Positions 49,721 to 63,040 of a stretch of 64,000 bases of DNA are shown here, in pieces. Under the pieces are notes generated by a model. The model saw only the letters and a program-made list of their open reading frames with translations. It was not told the DNA's origin and did no database searches. Source of the DNA: Camelus dromedarius (lineage: Eukaryota); the NCBI RefSeq assembly GCF_036321535.1, contig NC_087467.1, positions 13,702,001 to 13,766,000 on the forward strand, given 5' to 3'. The translations under genes and the position numbers were made by a program. Each line of letters starts with the position of its first letter. Within the stretch, counting starts at the first letter, position 1.

Positions 49721-50734
49721 CAAATAGACTCTTATTTACCAAGTTTCTAGAATTAGCATTAAAACCAGCATGCATCTCATCAATCACATTCTACTCCAAC
49801 TCCTCCCTCTCCAGCAAATCCAGGGCAAAGCCCATTCTGACTCTCCTCTGTGGCACAGAGAGGTGAACCTGGGGTGAATGTGCCGGGTGTCACTTGGCAT
49901 ACAGATGGCGTCTGGCACAGGTGGTGTTCGGTGTATCAAGGCCTGGAGGAGCAAGTAATCATTTCAAGGGAAATGACAACCTAAAATGGTGCTAAAATGT
50001 CCTACAACTAAGGTGAGGGTCCGGGTAAAGAGCAAGACTGCAGGGATAACACTGGGAAAAGTCCATTGTGTCCCTTTCTCCGTATCCTAGTCTTGTCCTC
50101 TCTGAGTAGAAGCAATGCACCTGCTACCCTCCTATACTTCTCTCTAGGTGACTTTAAGCTCCACACTTTCCTCACAGTCCACATCATGTCATTCTTCTCA
50201 ATAAGGCCAAATTAGTAAATGTATAACTGTGATACAAGTGAGTAACTTTAGAACAAACTCACAAATCAAGAAGAAACTAAATTTGTCAGCCCAGGAGTCC
50301 CAGTTCTGGGCTCAAAATGATAAACCTAACATACTGGCTGTCCCCTACTCAGGATGTAGAACAACAAATAAAGGGGGTCAGACTTGCTCCTAAGTGTGGC
50401 AGGGGAAAGAGGGGTTCTTAGACAAGTGTTGCCATGAATGATCTGAAATGCTTTCAGAATGCTCTGGAGAACAGCATGAGTTTCCCCAAGGAGAGAGTCA
50501 AACAAAGCAGCTTGTTTTGAGTGGATGTGGGTCTTCTTTCTTGCACAAAGATGAGCATCACCTCTTGACGGTACCTCTAGATCATGGTCCCTTGACCTTG
50601 GAATCACAGACACCAAGATGGGGAAACCAAAGCTCAGAGCAGCTGGAAGGCACCGCGCCCAGAACAGAGCTCGTATATTCTGATCACCAGTCCAGAACAT
50701 ACATTCTCCACACCAGGGCAAGTTGGTTTTGAAC

Positions 50735-50775
50735 TTAAAAAAACAAAAACAACAACAACAACAACAACAACAAAA
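50735..50775. repeat. (AAC)n / A-rich microsatellite
   Basis: aaaaaaacaaaaacaacaacaacaacaacaacaacaaaaac. Confidence 0.9.
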
Positions 50776-52135
50776 ACCTCATTTAAGTTTGAATCAACGG
50801 ATGTTGGATTTCAACAAACCCCAACCCTCTGCTCTGCATTTAGCAACGAAATACTTTCCTGAGTGTTAGGCATTCAAGGTGCCCCAATAAAGAACATATC
50901 AAGGTTCTGAACCAAGAGGGGTGGGAGGTGAAAACTTCACCTACAGTTAGGAGTAGTGGTTGTGCTTTCTATCTGTAGGCAAGTGGGCTTTCCTTCTGCT
51001 GAACCCCAAGACTGCACAGACTTGCAGCTCAAGGGCAGAATCAGCCCCATGAAATGTACAGAATGGGAAACAAACCAGAATTCATGCTCTCACAGGCAGC
51101 CTTGCCCCCGGGGGAAAGGGGAATAGGTCGTGGACTACAGAAATGCCATTCTCCCTCCAAGCCCACCATCAGATTAAATCACTCATCTCTGCTTCTGGGA
51201 GGATTAAGAGAGGGGCATAAAGAGTCAGCAGGAGCGTTATTGGGGTGAAGTTCCCTCCACGTGGAAGAAATGTCTGAAGACTAGAAGCAGTAGCGGGGAA
51301 AGCAGATCACTCCTCTCTCAATTCACTCGGAGCCACAGTCTCCTAACCCACCAGATAGACACAGAAACACCTCAAATGACAAATTTTGTGTGAAGCGCCA
51401 GGCACAGTGTCTGGAATGTGATAGGTGCTCCAAAATGACAGTTACTACAACAGCACAGAGGGAGTAGAAGGAAAGGGAGGGCAAGAGTGGGGAGAGAGGT
51501 GCACACCAGCTCGGTGGGGAAGGAGGTCGAGGACACTCTGGCCAGAAACCTGGAAGTGTGAGACTGGGGTGCATGTGGTGCGGACAGCAGGCAGCGTGGC
51601 TGGGATCCACATGGGACCCTGAAGATGTGATGCTATGGGGAACAATGTGTGTCTGTAATGTGCTGAAGCCGGAGTCANNNNNNNNNNNNNNNNNNNNNNN
51701 NNNNNNNNNNNNNNNNNNNNNNNNNNNNNNNNNNNNNNNNNNNNNNNNNNNNNNNNNNNNNNNNNNNNNNNNNNNNNNNNNNNNNNNNNNNNNNNNNNNN
51801 NNNNNNNNNNNNNNNNNNNNNNNNNNNNNNNNNNNNNNNNNNNNNNNNNNNNNNNNNNNNNNNNNNNNNNNNACCAACTACACTGTAAACTTAGTGACCT
51901 GCTTCACCTCCCTTGGTTTAGTGACGAGCTTGGCTGGCTTTTGGGCACGAAGAAAGAAACATAAGGCAAGGATTAAGTTCCCTGGCTTTTGAAGGCATCA
52001 AGAGTCAAAAATGCTTTCAGCTGGCACTTCTCTCTGTTACTCAGTGAGCTTTGATGGATTTATTTTCTTTGCCCTACTTCATAGAAGTTAACTGGGGCCA
52101 ATTACCGCAAAGACGATCGCCAAGGAGTCTTTATG

Positions 52136-52154
52136 TGGACACTAGGTGGCGCTG
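52136..52154 (+). promoter_or_regulatory. Near-consensus CTCF binding site
   Basis: TGGACACTAGGTGGCGCTG versus the core TGGCCACCAGGGGGCGCTA. It lies in unique sequence with locally retained CpGs (52100-52190). Confidence 0.7.
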
Positions 52155-52276
52155 TCTCCCCAGCGGTTTCGGTTCCCTTTTCCGAGGCTCATACTGGTCT
52201 CATTAAATTCCTCCTTAGAGCTTTCTAACTTGCAATAAGAGTGAGGAATTCAATGGTCAGAAAGGCACTTACTTAC

Positions 52277-52359
52277 TTTCTCCAATCTGTGGGTCTCTGA
52301 GCCCCGAGAGAGCGGTAGAATCCTTTATACACTTCACACACTCACAATTTTATTTCTCT
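52277..52359 (-). other. Candidate 83-nt non-coding internal exon
   Basis: Flanked by a 102-nt GTAAGT...TTCTAAT...CAG intron (52461-52360) and a GTAAGT donor (52276). All three frames contain stops. Confidence 0.4.
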
Positions 52360-53124
52360 CTGTTGCAAGTGTGAAGCAATTAGAAAGTAGCACCGTATTC
52401 AGATATTCATAGTCAGCAATCGGCAGCCTTATTCATTTTAGACTCTTGCATTGTGACTTACTTTACAAGCCTTTTCTTACTGCAAATTACAAATGGCTTT
52501 CCAATTCATTTTTTAAAATTCTGCAACAGTATTCTCTACTTGAGGACATGTCTAGTTCTGTTAAAAGACCAGGATCTCTTACACAGGTTGGAGTCTAACA
52601 CCCTGGCCAGGAGACTGTGAGTCTTGCAGCTCTAGAATTACTTTCCTCTGGGATCCATGGAGATAGCAGCAGTTGGGGGTAGGGGGGTCCTGCCATGAAG
52701 AGAAGTGCTTCAGTGAAGTTAAGTCCCTTTGCTAAAGTCATACAGAATCAAAGATACAACTGGGCCCTAGGCCTCCTGATTCCTGATGCAATGACGTGCC
52801 ATTGTCCCCTTAAGTCCAAATATCTACACATGGTTGGATGGATAATACATGTTACATGTTGTTTGGAAATTGTTGCTGGGATGTCTGTAATTCCAAATAG
52901 AAACCCAGTGGCTTCTGAGCAGCATGTGTAGATTTAAGAGAAAAGCAATATTCTAACTTCTGGCAAAACATCAAGTATCAAGAATATCACTTACCAGAGC
53001 TGACTTTATAAGGATGCCGCTGAGGGACCAGCAAGCTGCCTCTTTCCAAACATCTGCCATGGACCCTCCCAGGGCTGGGAGCTGGGTGGCAGAGTCCCAG
53101 ACTTTTCTCTGAAGTGCTCCCAAT

Positions 53125-53164
53125 CCTCTCTCTCTCTCCCTCTCTCTCCCTCCCTCCCTCTCTC
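53125..53164. repeat. (TC)n/(TCCC)n microsatellite
   Basis: cctctctctctctccctctctctccctccctccctctctc. Confidence 0.9.
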
Positions 53165-54120
53165 AGGAGAGTCTTGCCTCCCAGAGCGGAGTTACCAGAG
53201 CATGGGTATATACTATGAGCTTCTGACCACATTATCTTTACACCATGAGCAGAGAAAGGAATATAATCTTAAATGTAAAATCTAATTATTTTCCTTGGTA
53301 TTTACAGATCTTACCAATTTGGCTTGTAAACCTAGTCAGTCTGAGGTTGGTTTGTATTTTGCATGGTCTCTAGTCTCAGTTACTAAAGTATTAACATGCT
53401 TCTCAAGGAAAGAGTCCAGTCTGGTTTCTGATATTACTCCCCCCAGTTTCACGTAGAAATGGAAGGCTGCACAGTCTTCTCTATATTAATAAGCTACCTG
53501 ATTCCACCAATTTGGGTTTTTCTGCCTTATGAGACATAGACTGCTCAGTCCCAATTATAGGTATAGATTATTTCGGGAGGTTTTTGTTCCCCTTCCTTTT
53601 TTTCATTAATGAAGCATGAAAGTATTTATTAATACCACTAGATACCAATTTTAAATCAATTAAAATTGAAATTTGAGGATTGCTGGGAGGGGAGAAACTA
53701 AGGAAGTAAGTTACTCATTTTCCAGGGATATGAAATAAAATTAATGTGATTCATTCACTTGTTCATTTATTCACAGAATACGTACAGGACACTTATTATG
53801 TATGGAACATTTATTATATTATGCTTATTATACATTAGGAACCAATCTGGTCTTAGAGGGAGACAATGTTGAACCAGACCCACTCAGTCCATAAATATTC
53901 TGTAAATAAGTGAGTGAATGAATGAATGGCATTTATATCATCTCAATTCGATTTTAATTTATGTCATGGTATATACTCTGGCTACAAAATTCTTCTCTAC
54001 CCTGGGTTCAAATGCTTTCTACCTGACCCAAGTTCTTTTATGATAAATACATACAACATAACCCTCCACTGATACCAGCATGTCTGCCTGGTAGCAGCCC
54101 AGTCTTTGAGGCCACAATCC

Positions 54121-54422
54121 CAAAAGTTATGAAATCAGATGTCTACAGGGGCAGGGTCATCAAATGAAGAGGGAATCTGGCTGAGCAAGGCCAGGACCGA
54201 GGCAAACTAGAGAGCAGAGCTCATGCACTTCTGAAGGGGCTGCAGCTGATGGCTGTCTTGGGGGAATGAGGCTGTATTGTGAGGTCTTCAAATTAGAAAA
54301 TCCGCACTGCTACATGAAATCTCTGATTTTTAATATGTAGTAAGAGATACTGTTAGAGCACTATTTGGACCTAAAAAAAAAAAGTTTGTGGGTGGATTCA
54401 GGCTGCCACTCTGAGACCTCTA
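54121..54422 (+). mobile_element. MER102-like hAT-Charlie MITE
   Basis: cagatgtctacaggggcagg...ggcaaactagagagc...atgaaatctctgatttttaatatgt...ggctgccactctgagacctct. Confidence 0.7.
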
Positions 54423-55079
54423 ATATCTAGTTTCAGATTAAATGAACCTTCTAAAGAGAATAATAAACTCCAAATAGTTCAGAAATACCTGGATGAAATT
54501 GGCTTCCTTCAGACTTGGAAATTTTTATTACCTAAATGGAAGCATTTGATAATTAAACATCCTGTAGACATGTTCTCTGAACATCACCAAACCTAACAAG
54601 CTTGTGCAGAAGTCTGAACTAGAAAGGGGTTTGAGCCATTACAGGAAAAGGTTACCTATGTTGTGGTCTCTGCTTGTTTTTTTCCTTTAAATTGAGATGA
54701 AAAGCAAGTGGTTTTGTACCTCTGAAATAGGCTTCTTACGATGTAGAAGAGAAAGGGTTTTTCATTATCTTAGCACAATCTAATACAATGCCTCAAGTAA
54801 ATCAATACATTTACTATTGAAACAAACCTTCAAAGGAATTTTTGGGTTAGTACTCTCCAACTTCTCTCTCCTTAAAGCAAAGAAAATGTTGGTGCTTTAG
54901 ATCATTTTTTTATTCAACAAACATTTATGGGGCTCCCAGAATAACCTGGCATCCTGAGATGCAGCGTTCAGCACTCTCTGAAGACTCTCCAGCACAGTCT
55001 GCTTCTCAATAAACCATGCTTGGCACATATTTATTGAATGCTGCTCTCTAACAAATCTGTTATGAAAACAAACTTGACC

Positions 55080-58000
55080 TTCTAGTAATGGCTACATGAA
55101 GGGGTTAGGTGATTTCCTTTTACAGAAAATAAGTACAGAAATGGACAAAGTGGTCTTTAAAAATTGTCTCAGCATGTGGACACCTACCAAAGTCAGAAAA
55201 TAAACTAAGAAACATTTATTCTGAAACACACAAAATGATACAGCTATAGGTAAGAATGGTGAGTCTGTGCCCTCTTCCTGGGGCTACTCCCATTCTCCCC
55301 TCCCCCAGCTCAGTTGGCAAGAATTATAGCCACACCAACTTGGCTAGCTGCAAAAAAAGTCAACTTTGCTATCAAAGGCTGATTTGCCTTGAAGCAGACG
55401 TGGGGGAGGGAGGGCAAACACCCATGTAATTCACAGCTAAAAAGGGCAGATTTAGTTTGGGATAGACTATAAAAACATGTAGCTTTTCTAGACCAATGGT
55501 GTGTTTCCCAGTTTAAGGTGAGCAGCCAGCCAGCCAGAAATTTAATAGAGAGACACTGGAATTTAGAGCATCATAAAAGGACTAAGATAAGCTCTCCTCC
55601 TCACATTCCTGGCCAAGGGACAAACTACACACATGTGGAGGAGATCCTAAGGACCCTTGGGAAATGTAAAAACCAAGGGAGCCTTGAGAACTGGCTGCAG
55701 ATTTGAGTGTGCTCCTCAGTCACATGTAACTCAATGGGAGGCACCTCGAGGGTGGAAATCTAATGAGTTCCACGTGTTTGAACAAAACTTGAGCCCTAAT
55801 TGTTGACTGATCACTAAACAAACAGAAGGAGAAATGACATCCTCCAACCCCCAGCCTCCAGTGAACCAGGCTAAAAAATAAAAATAGGAAAAATAAATAG
55901 TCAGAGACATCAGCAGTTGCACACTATGAGAAAAACAAACTCTACAGTGTAAGTCCAGGCAATTATTAAGCATTTAATCAATCAATCAATTAATCAATCT
56001 ATGTAACAACACTGAAAAATAAAACTGAATCTAGAGTTACTGTGATATAGTAAATAAAATGTCCAGTATTCAGCTAAAATAACTAGACAATCACTAGACA
56101 TGTAAAGAGACAAAAAAGTGCAGCCTGTGTTTAGGGGTGGAAAGAAGTCGTCAGAAACAGACCCTGAGTTAACTGATACGTTGGATTTAGCAAACAAGAC
56201 TTCACATAGCTATTATGAATTATGTTCAAAGAATTAAAGAAATCTGTGTTCAGAAGTTAAAGAAAAATATGCTAAGTTAGTCAACTAATAAGGAATTTTT
56301 ACAGAGAAACAAAATGTTATATAAAAGATGAAATGAAAATTCTAGAAGTGTGTAACTAAAATTAAAAAAAAATTCACTAGATAAGATCAACAGCAGACTT
56401 GAAATGACAAAAGAAAGAGGATGGTTAAAGGTAAATTAATAGAAATTACTGAATCTGAGGAACAGAGAAGGAAAAAAAATTGAAAAAAAAATCAACACAT
56501 CTTCAGAGACTTTCCAGGTAATGTCACCCATTTCAACATGTGTGAAATGGGAGTCTCAGTAAAAGAGGAGAGAGACGTAAAAGATAAAAAAATTTCAAGA
56601 AACTGAAGTCTTCCAAAACTTGGTGAAAAAGCATTCACTTACAGATCCAAGAAGTTCAACAGGCATCAAATAAAATAAGCACAAAGAGAACCACATACGG
56701 ATACATCATTGTCAAACTGCTGAAAGCCAAAAATAAAGAGAAAATCTTCAAAGCAGCAAAAGAAAATGATTCACCAGGTACAAAATAGTAACGACACAAT
56801 TGATAACTGCTTATCAGCAACAATGGAAGGCAGAATGCAATGAAATAAATTCAAAATAAATTCAAATTTCAAATGAAAGGAAAATGTGTCAACAAGGAAT
56901 TATATATTCAATAAAAATATTCTTCAAAAATAAGTTGAAATAAAGACACTTCCAGATAAGCAGAAACTGACAAAATTCTTTGATAACAGACCCGTGGTAC
57001 AAAAAAAATACTAAAGTGTAAGTCTTTCAAGCTGAAGGGAAATGATATCAGATGGTAACTGGGATATATGGGAAGGAATGAAGAGTATTAGAAAAAGTAA
57101 ATATCTGGGTAAATATAAAAGATCAAATATTGTATATATTTTTCTTCTCTTTTCTTCTTGTATAAAATACAAGTTTGCTTAAGGCAGTGATTACACTACT
57201 GTAATTATAATACAATTATACCTATAAGATAGGCTTATAATATACATGGCAATAGCACTAAGAAGGGATGAGGAAATGAAGCTCTACTAGTGCAAAGTTG
57301 CTATATTTTGTTCAAATTAAATCAGTATTAACTTGAGATTGTGATAAATCAAAGATTCCTATAAAGACACAAATTACTAAAATGGACTCATGAGAGAAAA
57401 TATCTCAACAGATGTACAATAATCACTTGATAAGATACAGCACATGTTAGTGATAAAAATTCTCACACAATTAGGAATAATGGGGAATTTTCTCATCTTG
57501 ATTTTAAAAATCTACAAAAAACTTACAACTAATGTCATACTTAGTGATAAAAGACTGAATGTTAACCCCCTAAGAACAGGAGTAAGGCAAGGATGTCTGC
57601 TCATACCACTTCTATTCAACACTGTGGAATAAGGCAAGAAAAATAAATAAAAGGCATTCAGATTACAAAGGAAGAAGTAAAATTGTCCTTATACAAAATC
57701 TTACATGCATAAAACACTAAGGAATAGTCAAAAAAAGCTACTAGAATTAATAAGCAACTTTAGTAATGTCATAGGTTATAAGATCAATATGCAAAAATTA
57801 ATCCAGGGCATTTTCATATACTAGCACCAACTGATTAAAAATTAAATTAAGAAAATAATTTCATTCATGAAAACATCACCAATAACAAAATGCTTAGAAA
57901 TAAATCTAACAAAAAAAAATTCAAGACTTAAAGGATGCCTAAGTAAATGGAGAGATATACCACATCCATGTATTGAAAGACTCAACTTGTTAAGACGGCA

Positions 58001-59590
58001 CGTCACCCCAAGTTAATCTTTAGATTCAACACAATTCCTATTAAAACCCCAGCAAGCGTTTTTATAGAAATTAAAAAATTGATATAAAATTTATATGGAA
58101 ATAACAAAGGACCTACAACATCCAAAACAATTTTGAAAAACAAATGAAGGGCAAATCTGTTAGAATTTACATTAACTGATTTCAAAAGTTTCTGTAAATC
58201 TACATTAATCAAGACAATGTGGTATAGGGATAAGGATAGACATAGATAAATGAAAGAGAACAAAGAGTTCAGAAAGAAATCAAAACATATATGGTCAATT
58301 GATTTTCAAAGTGCGTGCTAAGGAAATTTAATGGAGGAATAATAACATTTTCTAAAAATTATATTGGTTATTCATATATTTTATTGATATTGGATCAATA
58401 GCAATTAGATAGATCATTATCAATGTTTTAAAAACCCAGCCTGACCCTTATCTCTCACCAAACACAAAATTAACTCAAAATGATAGCCCCAAATATAAGA
58501 CTGAACTAAAACTATATAATTTTTAGGAGAAAATTATTGTGTGACTTAGAGTGAGCAAATATTTTTTAGATGTGACTCCAAATACACCACTTAGAAAAGG
58601 AAAAATTGATCATTGGACTTCAGCAAATATAAAAATGTTGCTCTTCAAAAACACCATTAAAAAATTAATGGAGGCCACAGACTGGGAGAGAATGTTTGTG
58701 AAGCATGCATCTCATAAACAATTTCTATTCAGAATATACAAATTACCCTTCCAAGACCATAGTAAGATTTTTAAAAATTTAAATCACAAAAGATTTGAAA
58801 AGATACTTCTCCAAAGATATATAGAATGGCAAATAAGCACATGTTAAAAATGCTCAAAAATCATAAGTCATTTAGAAAATACAAGTTAAAAGCAATGATA
58901 TATCTCTGTAAAATGACTATAAAAATGGCTGGTATCAGACAGACTGACACTACCAAGTGCTGACAGGGAAGCAGAGAAACTGAAAACTGCATATGTTATT
59001 GGTGGGAATATAAAATGGGACAGTCTCTTTGAGAAACAGTTTAGCAGCTTATTAAAAAGTTAAACATATACTTACTGTATGACCCAGCAATTTCACCCTA
59101 AGATATCTACCAAAGAGAAATGAAAACATGTCTAGACAAAGACTGTTCATACCAGTGTTATTCGTAATAGCCAGGAATTAGAAACCATCCAAACTGTTGT
59201 CAACTGGTAAATGGATTTATGCAATATGGTTATCCATACAATGTAATACTATTTAGCAATTAAAAGGAATAAACTATTGATAACATGCAACAACATAGAT
59301 AGTCCTCAAAACATTGTGCTAATTAAAAGAAGCCAGATAGGAGGGTAAAAAAAAAAACCTATATATTATATAATTGCACTTATATACATCACGTCTAGAA
59401 AAGGAAAACTATAGTAACAGAAAGAAGATCAATGGTTGCATGCGCCTGGTGGGGTGGAAGCAGATACTGACTGCACACAACCAAAAGGGAACTTCCAGGG
59501 TGACGGAAATGTTTTAAAACAGGATTGGGGTGATGGCTGCACAGCTGTACAAATTCACTTCCACTCATATAACTACAATTTAAAATGGAT
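55080..59590 (+). mobile_element. Old L1 (L1MB/MC-like) with 5'UTR, ORF1, internally deleted ORF2 and 3' end
   Basis: ORF 57444 TTNVILSDKRLNVNPLRTGVRQGCLLIPLLFNTVE matches the L1 RT motif (PLRSGTRQGCPLSPLLFNI). ORF 58551 resembles the ORF2 C-terminus. The endonuclease region is missing near 57350. 3' end gggtgatggctgcacagctgtacaaatt. Confidence 0.92.
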
Positions 59591-59624
59591 AACACCTGTC
59601 AAAGAGTGAACTGATTAAATTTAT

Positions 59625-59760
59625 AAGGTATACATATCTTCAGCTTTCTTTAGGTATTTCCAAATTGCTCTCCCAAATGGTTGTACATTCCTACCTACAG
59701 AGTACAAGATTTCCTGATGCTCTATATTCAACCTTAGATATTGTCAAATTTATATGATAA
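59625..59760 (-). mobile_element. L1 fragment
   Basis: taggtatttccaaattgctctcccaaatggttgtac...ccttagatattgtcaaattt. Confidence 0.65.
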
Positions 59761-59957
59761 GGATAAATTCAAAAATCATCTTGGTTATTTCTGTCCGGCT
59801 TTATGTAAGATAAAGGTATTAGACACATTCTATTATTTTATATTTAAATTGTTCATAATTAGAAATTATTCTTGATTACAAGTTTCTCTCTTATTTTTAC
59901 ATAGACAATACCTACGGTTAAGGCATTCATGGCAGATGGTTCATATGTATTCTAGGA

Positions 59958-60001
59958 TGTGGCTATAAAGCTCTATGTGTGTGGCTATAAAGCTCTATGT
60001 G
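59958..60001. repeat. Perfect 22-bp tandem duplication
   Basis: tgtggctataaagctctatgtg x2 (59958-59979, 59980-60001). Confidence 0.95.
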
Positions 60002-60499
60002 TATGCCTTATAGACTCCACAACATTATTTTTGCTTTTTCGGAGGATGATAAAACTGGTGATGACGTGGTGATAGAGTCAAGACTAAATCCACCAAACTA
60101 GAAGATGCCAAAGTTCACCTATTTTAATAATTGATTCATAGGCTGTCATCTCTGTTCCACTCTCTGCAGGTCAAAGCCAAACTATTTCAAGACATGTTAG
60201 TCTATTCTAGTGTGGAAAAGCACAAGGGGGCAACAATTTCATAGCATAACCTCTTGCAAACTATTCTAGCTGGAATGCAAGATTTTTCCCTATTTAAGCA
60301 AAGCTCACATTGCACTTTAATCCCTTCTCTTTAATGCCCATTATAAACAATGAAAACAGCTTCCATTCTGGTAATTAAAAGTACTCAATTGCCAAGAAAG
60401 GATTTTTTTTTTTTAGTTGTTTTTAGTTGCCAACTCAGTGATGTTGATGGTGATAGAGAATATTTATCCAGGAACCAAAGAATACAAGACAACCAAGAA

Positions 60500-60524
60500 T
60501 GTGTGTGTGTGTGTGTGTGTGTGT
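60500..60524. repeat. (TG)12 microsatellite
   Basis: Read directly. Confidence 0.95.
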
Positions 60525-62366
60525 ACAGATGCACACACACAGAATGGAACTGTCCTTTGTATTTGGAAACTACAATACCCCTTCTTGCACAGATACCTTT
60601 TTGGATAAAGCTAAAATTCAATAAGGGCTGGTCATCCTCCCTGCAGTGTATTCATAGGGAGGTGACCCTGTGCAATGTGACTATAAAATGAAGAATAGTT
60701 TCATGAATAATCTAAGCTATCAGACAATCCCAGCACAAACTTGCTGGACATGTGGCTTATCAAATCTTGCTTGCAACCACTACTCCTGTAAAACTCCATC
60801 TCCTTTGGATTTGAAGTCATGTCATCTAAGAGCTAGGAAAAGAATAAACAGATTTTGAAGAATGTTAAATGTCAGTGGTATCAGTCACCTAATTCACAAA
60901 TGGTATCATATAAGCAGAAGCCCACTGCATGTCCACATGACTCTAAACTCTTTGAAGTCAGTAAGCCTGTGTTCATCCCTGTGCTCCTATAGCACCTAGC
61001 CCAGGGTGGTACATAGCAAACAGTCAATAAATATTTGAAAAGGATGAATGCTGCTTACAGGGCCTGTTGCTACTTTCAGGCTTGGTATAGGACTGGATTC
61101 CTGTTCGTCCCTGAGCTTTTTGCTATAAATGAGCTGCCTCTCCCTGCCTGCTGTGAGCCAGGTTTTTGTCCATCTGCTGCCATTGTTTCCCCACATTTCA
61201 CAGCTATGTTGTATTGCACGTGGTTATTCTTTAGTGGGTCATTATGGCATCTGTCTGCCCACCTTGTGCATGCCCCGTCTCAGCTCACCAGACAGCAGCT
61301 GCTGGAGCATCCTGCTCCCTCCATCATCTGCACAGGTCCAGCGCAGTCAAGCCTGCTTGCCGAAATCATCCTTTCATTGCTTGGGGGTTGGCGGCACTCC
61401 AGGACCTGGTTACTAGGATCCTCACCTGCCATTTAATATTCCTATAGGTAATTTTTTTTTTAATCAGATGTGTTACCCACAAGAAATTTCAGTTTCATGG
61501 ATGTGTACAAGGATACAAACAACCATCACCACATAGATCTTTATTAGTACTTAATTTTTTTTAGTAGAAAGTGACCCTGGAAGCCACATTAATAATAATA
61601 GAAGAAAGCTCTCATTTTATAAAGCCTGAATTTCCAGAAACCCCAATCCTCATCCAGAATTAATCTTAAAAGTGGAGACATAGCACTGTCACAAAGCCCA
61701 GGCACTTTATCCATCCTCCTTAAATAGAAGCTTCCTGATGGTTCGTGGCCATTAAGATGAGGCTCAGTTACATGCAGTATACAGCTTACAATACCATAAG
61801 CCAAAAGTTTGTGTATTAGTTGATTGTTTGGAACTCAAGCTTCTGTTCCCTTTGACAACTTTACTTGTCATAAAATTGAAGGCAGTACAATTCAGCTTGT
61901 ACCAATACTGATACAGTGCATCCAAAAACTGAAAGTTTCCACGCCTTTTGCTATGATGTAAAGCTCATGGCCTTTGTTACAGCTATTTCCCTAACATTTT
62001 TGTTTACTTTTATGTAAACTCTATGATAAAAAATTAAATTTCTAAGCCAATCATAAAGGTATGTTTAACAGACAATGGGTCCCTGATCATATTAGTATTA
62101 TAAGAACCTCCACAGCAGGAAGAACTCTGTCACTTAGCGAAATTCATTCTAAGTCCAATATCAAGAATAGCCCTCCTTATGCCCCAAATTACCTCCTGCC
62201 CTCATTGCAAAGTTTCACTGGCAGCAAGAACAGAGATAAAAGCAATAAGGCTGGGCAGCCTCCGTAGTGGAGAGAAGCAGCAGCAGGTCCTAACGGGTAG
62301 AACTATTCCCATTTCCTGGGGCCGCTTGGGCAAGACATCACACCGAGCCATTCTGTATATGGTATC

Positions 62367-62864
62367 TGTCAAAGAGCCACAAGGCAGGACACTAGTTAAC
62401 GTGGTAAGGACCAACTTCAATCAGTAATATACTATTGCAACTGGGAAAAGAGTCCAGGGTGAACTGAATTCAGCTCATTTGAACTGATTTGTACAGAAAC
62501 AACTGAGTGTTTTGAAGGGAGGATGAAAATTACAAAAAGCAAGAAGGGGGGTTTTGTCCCAACCCACCCAGGTTTGCTAAAACTGGTGTTCATCAAAGTC
62601 AGGCTCCTACCCTCCCACAGAGGCTGGGAGACAGGGGCCCCAGCTTCACATGCTGGTTGAACAAACAGTAAATTCTTTGGGTAGCCTTGAGTTTTCTCAG
62701 GCAGATACTTTCATGGAGGCTAGTGTCACCCTAGGGGTCAGCATTAAGCTGTTAGAAACTATATTAGTGTTTGTTCAAGTCTTTAAAGGCCAAGGTCAAG
62801 GCAGAGTACAGAAGAGGACTTAGAGGAGTCTGGCTGGAATGTGGTCAAGGAGAAATCTTTGTTG
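62367..62864 (-). mobile_element. MER31/MER67-family ERV1 solo LTR inserted in a MIR
   Basis: tgtcaaagagccac...gtggtaaggac...cctaccctcccacagaggctgggagacaggggccc...ggtcaaggagaaatctttgttg. TSD tatc/taac. Confidence 0.8.
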
Positions 62865-63040
62865 TAACTCAATAATCACCACAATTCCCTACGAGGGAGG
62901 TTTTATTATTTCCATTTTGTAGATTAAAAAAACCAAGACCCAAAGGGTGATGTGCCCAAGACCAAGTGAGCCCCAAGTAAGCCCAAACTGGTAAAGGTAG
63001 GATTGCAGGGTAGATCATTCAGTCTGTGCTTGGTAGTGAC
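62865..63040 (-). mobile_element. MIR (continuation; short left piece before 62367)
   Basis: taactcaataatcaccacaattccctacgagggagg...tccattttgtagat...tgtgcccaagacc. Confidence 0.7.
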
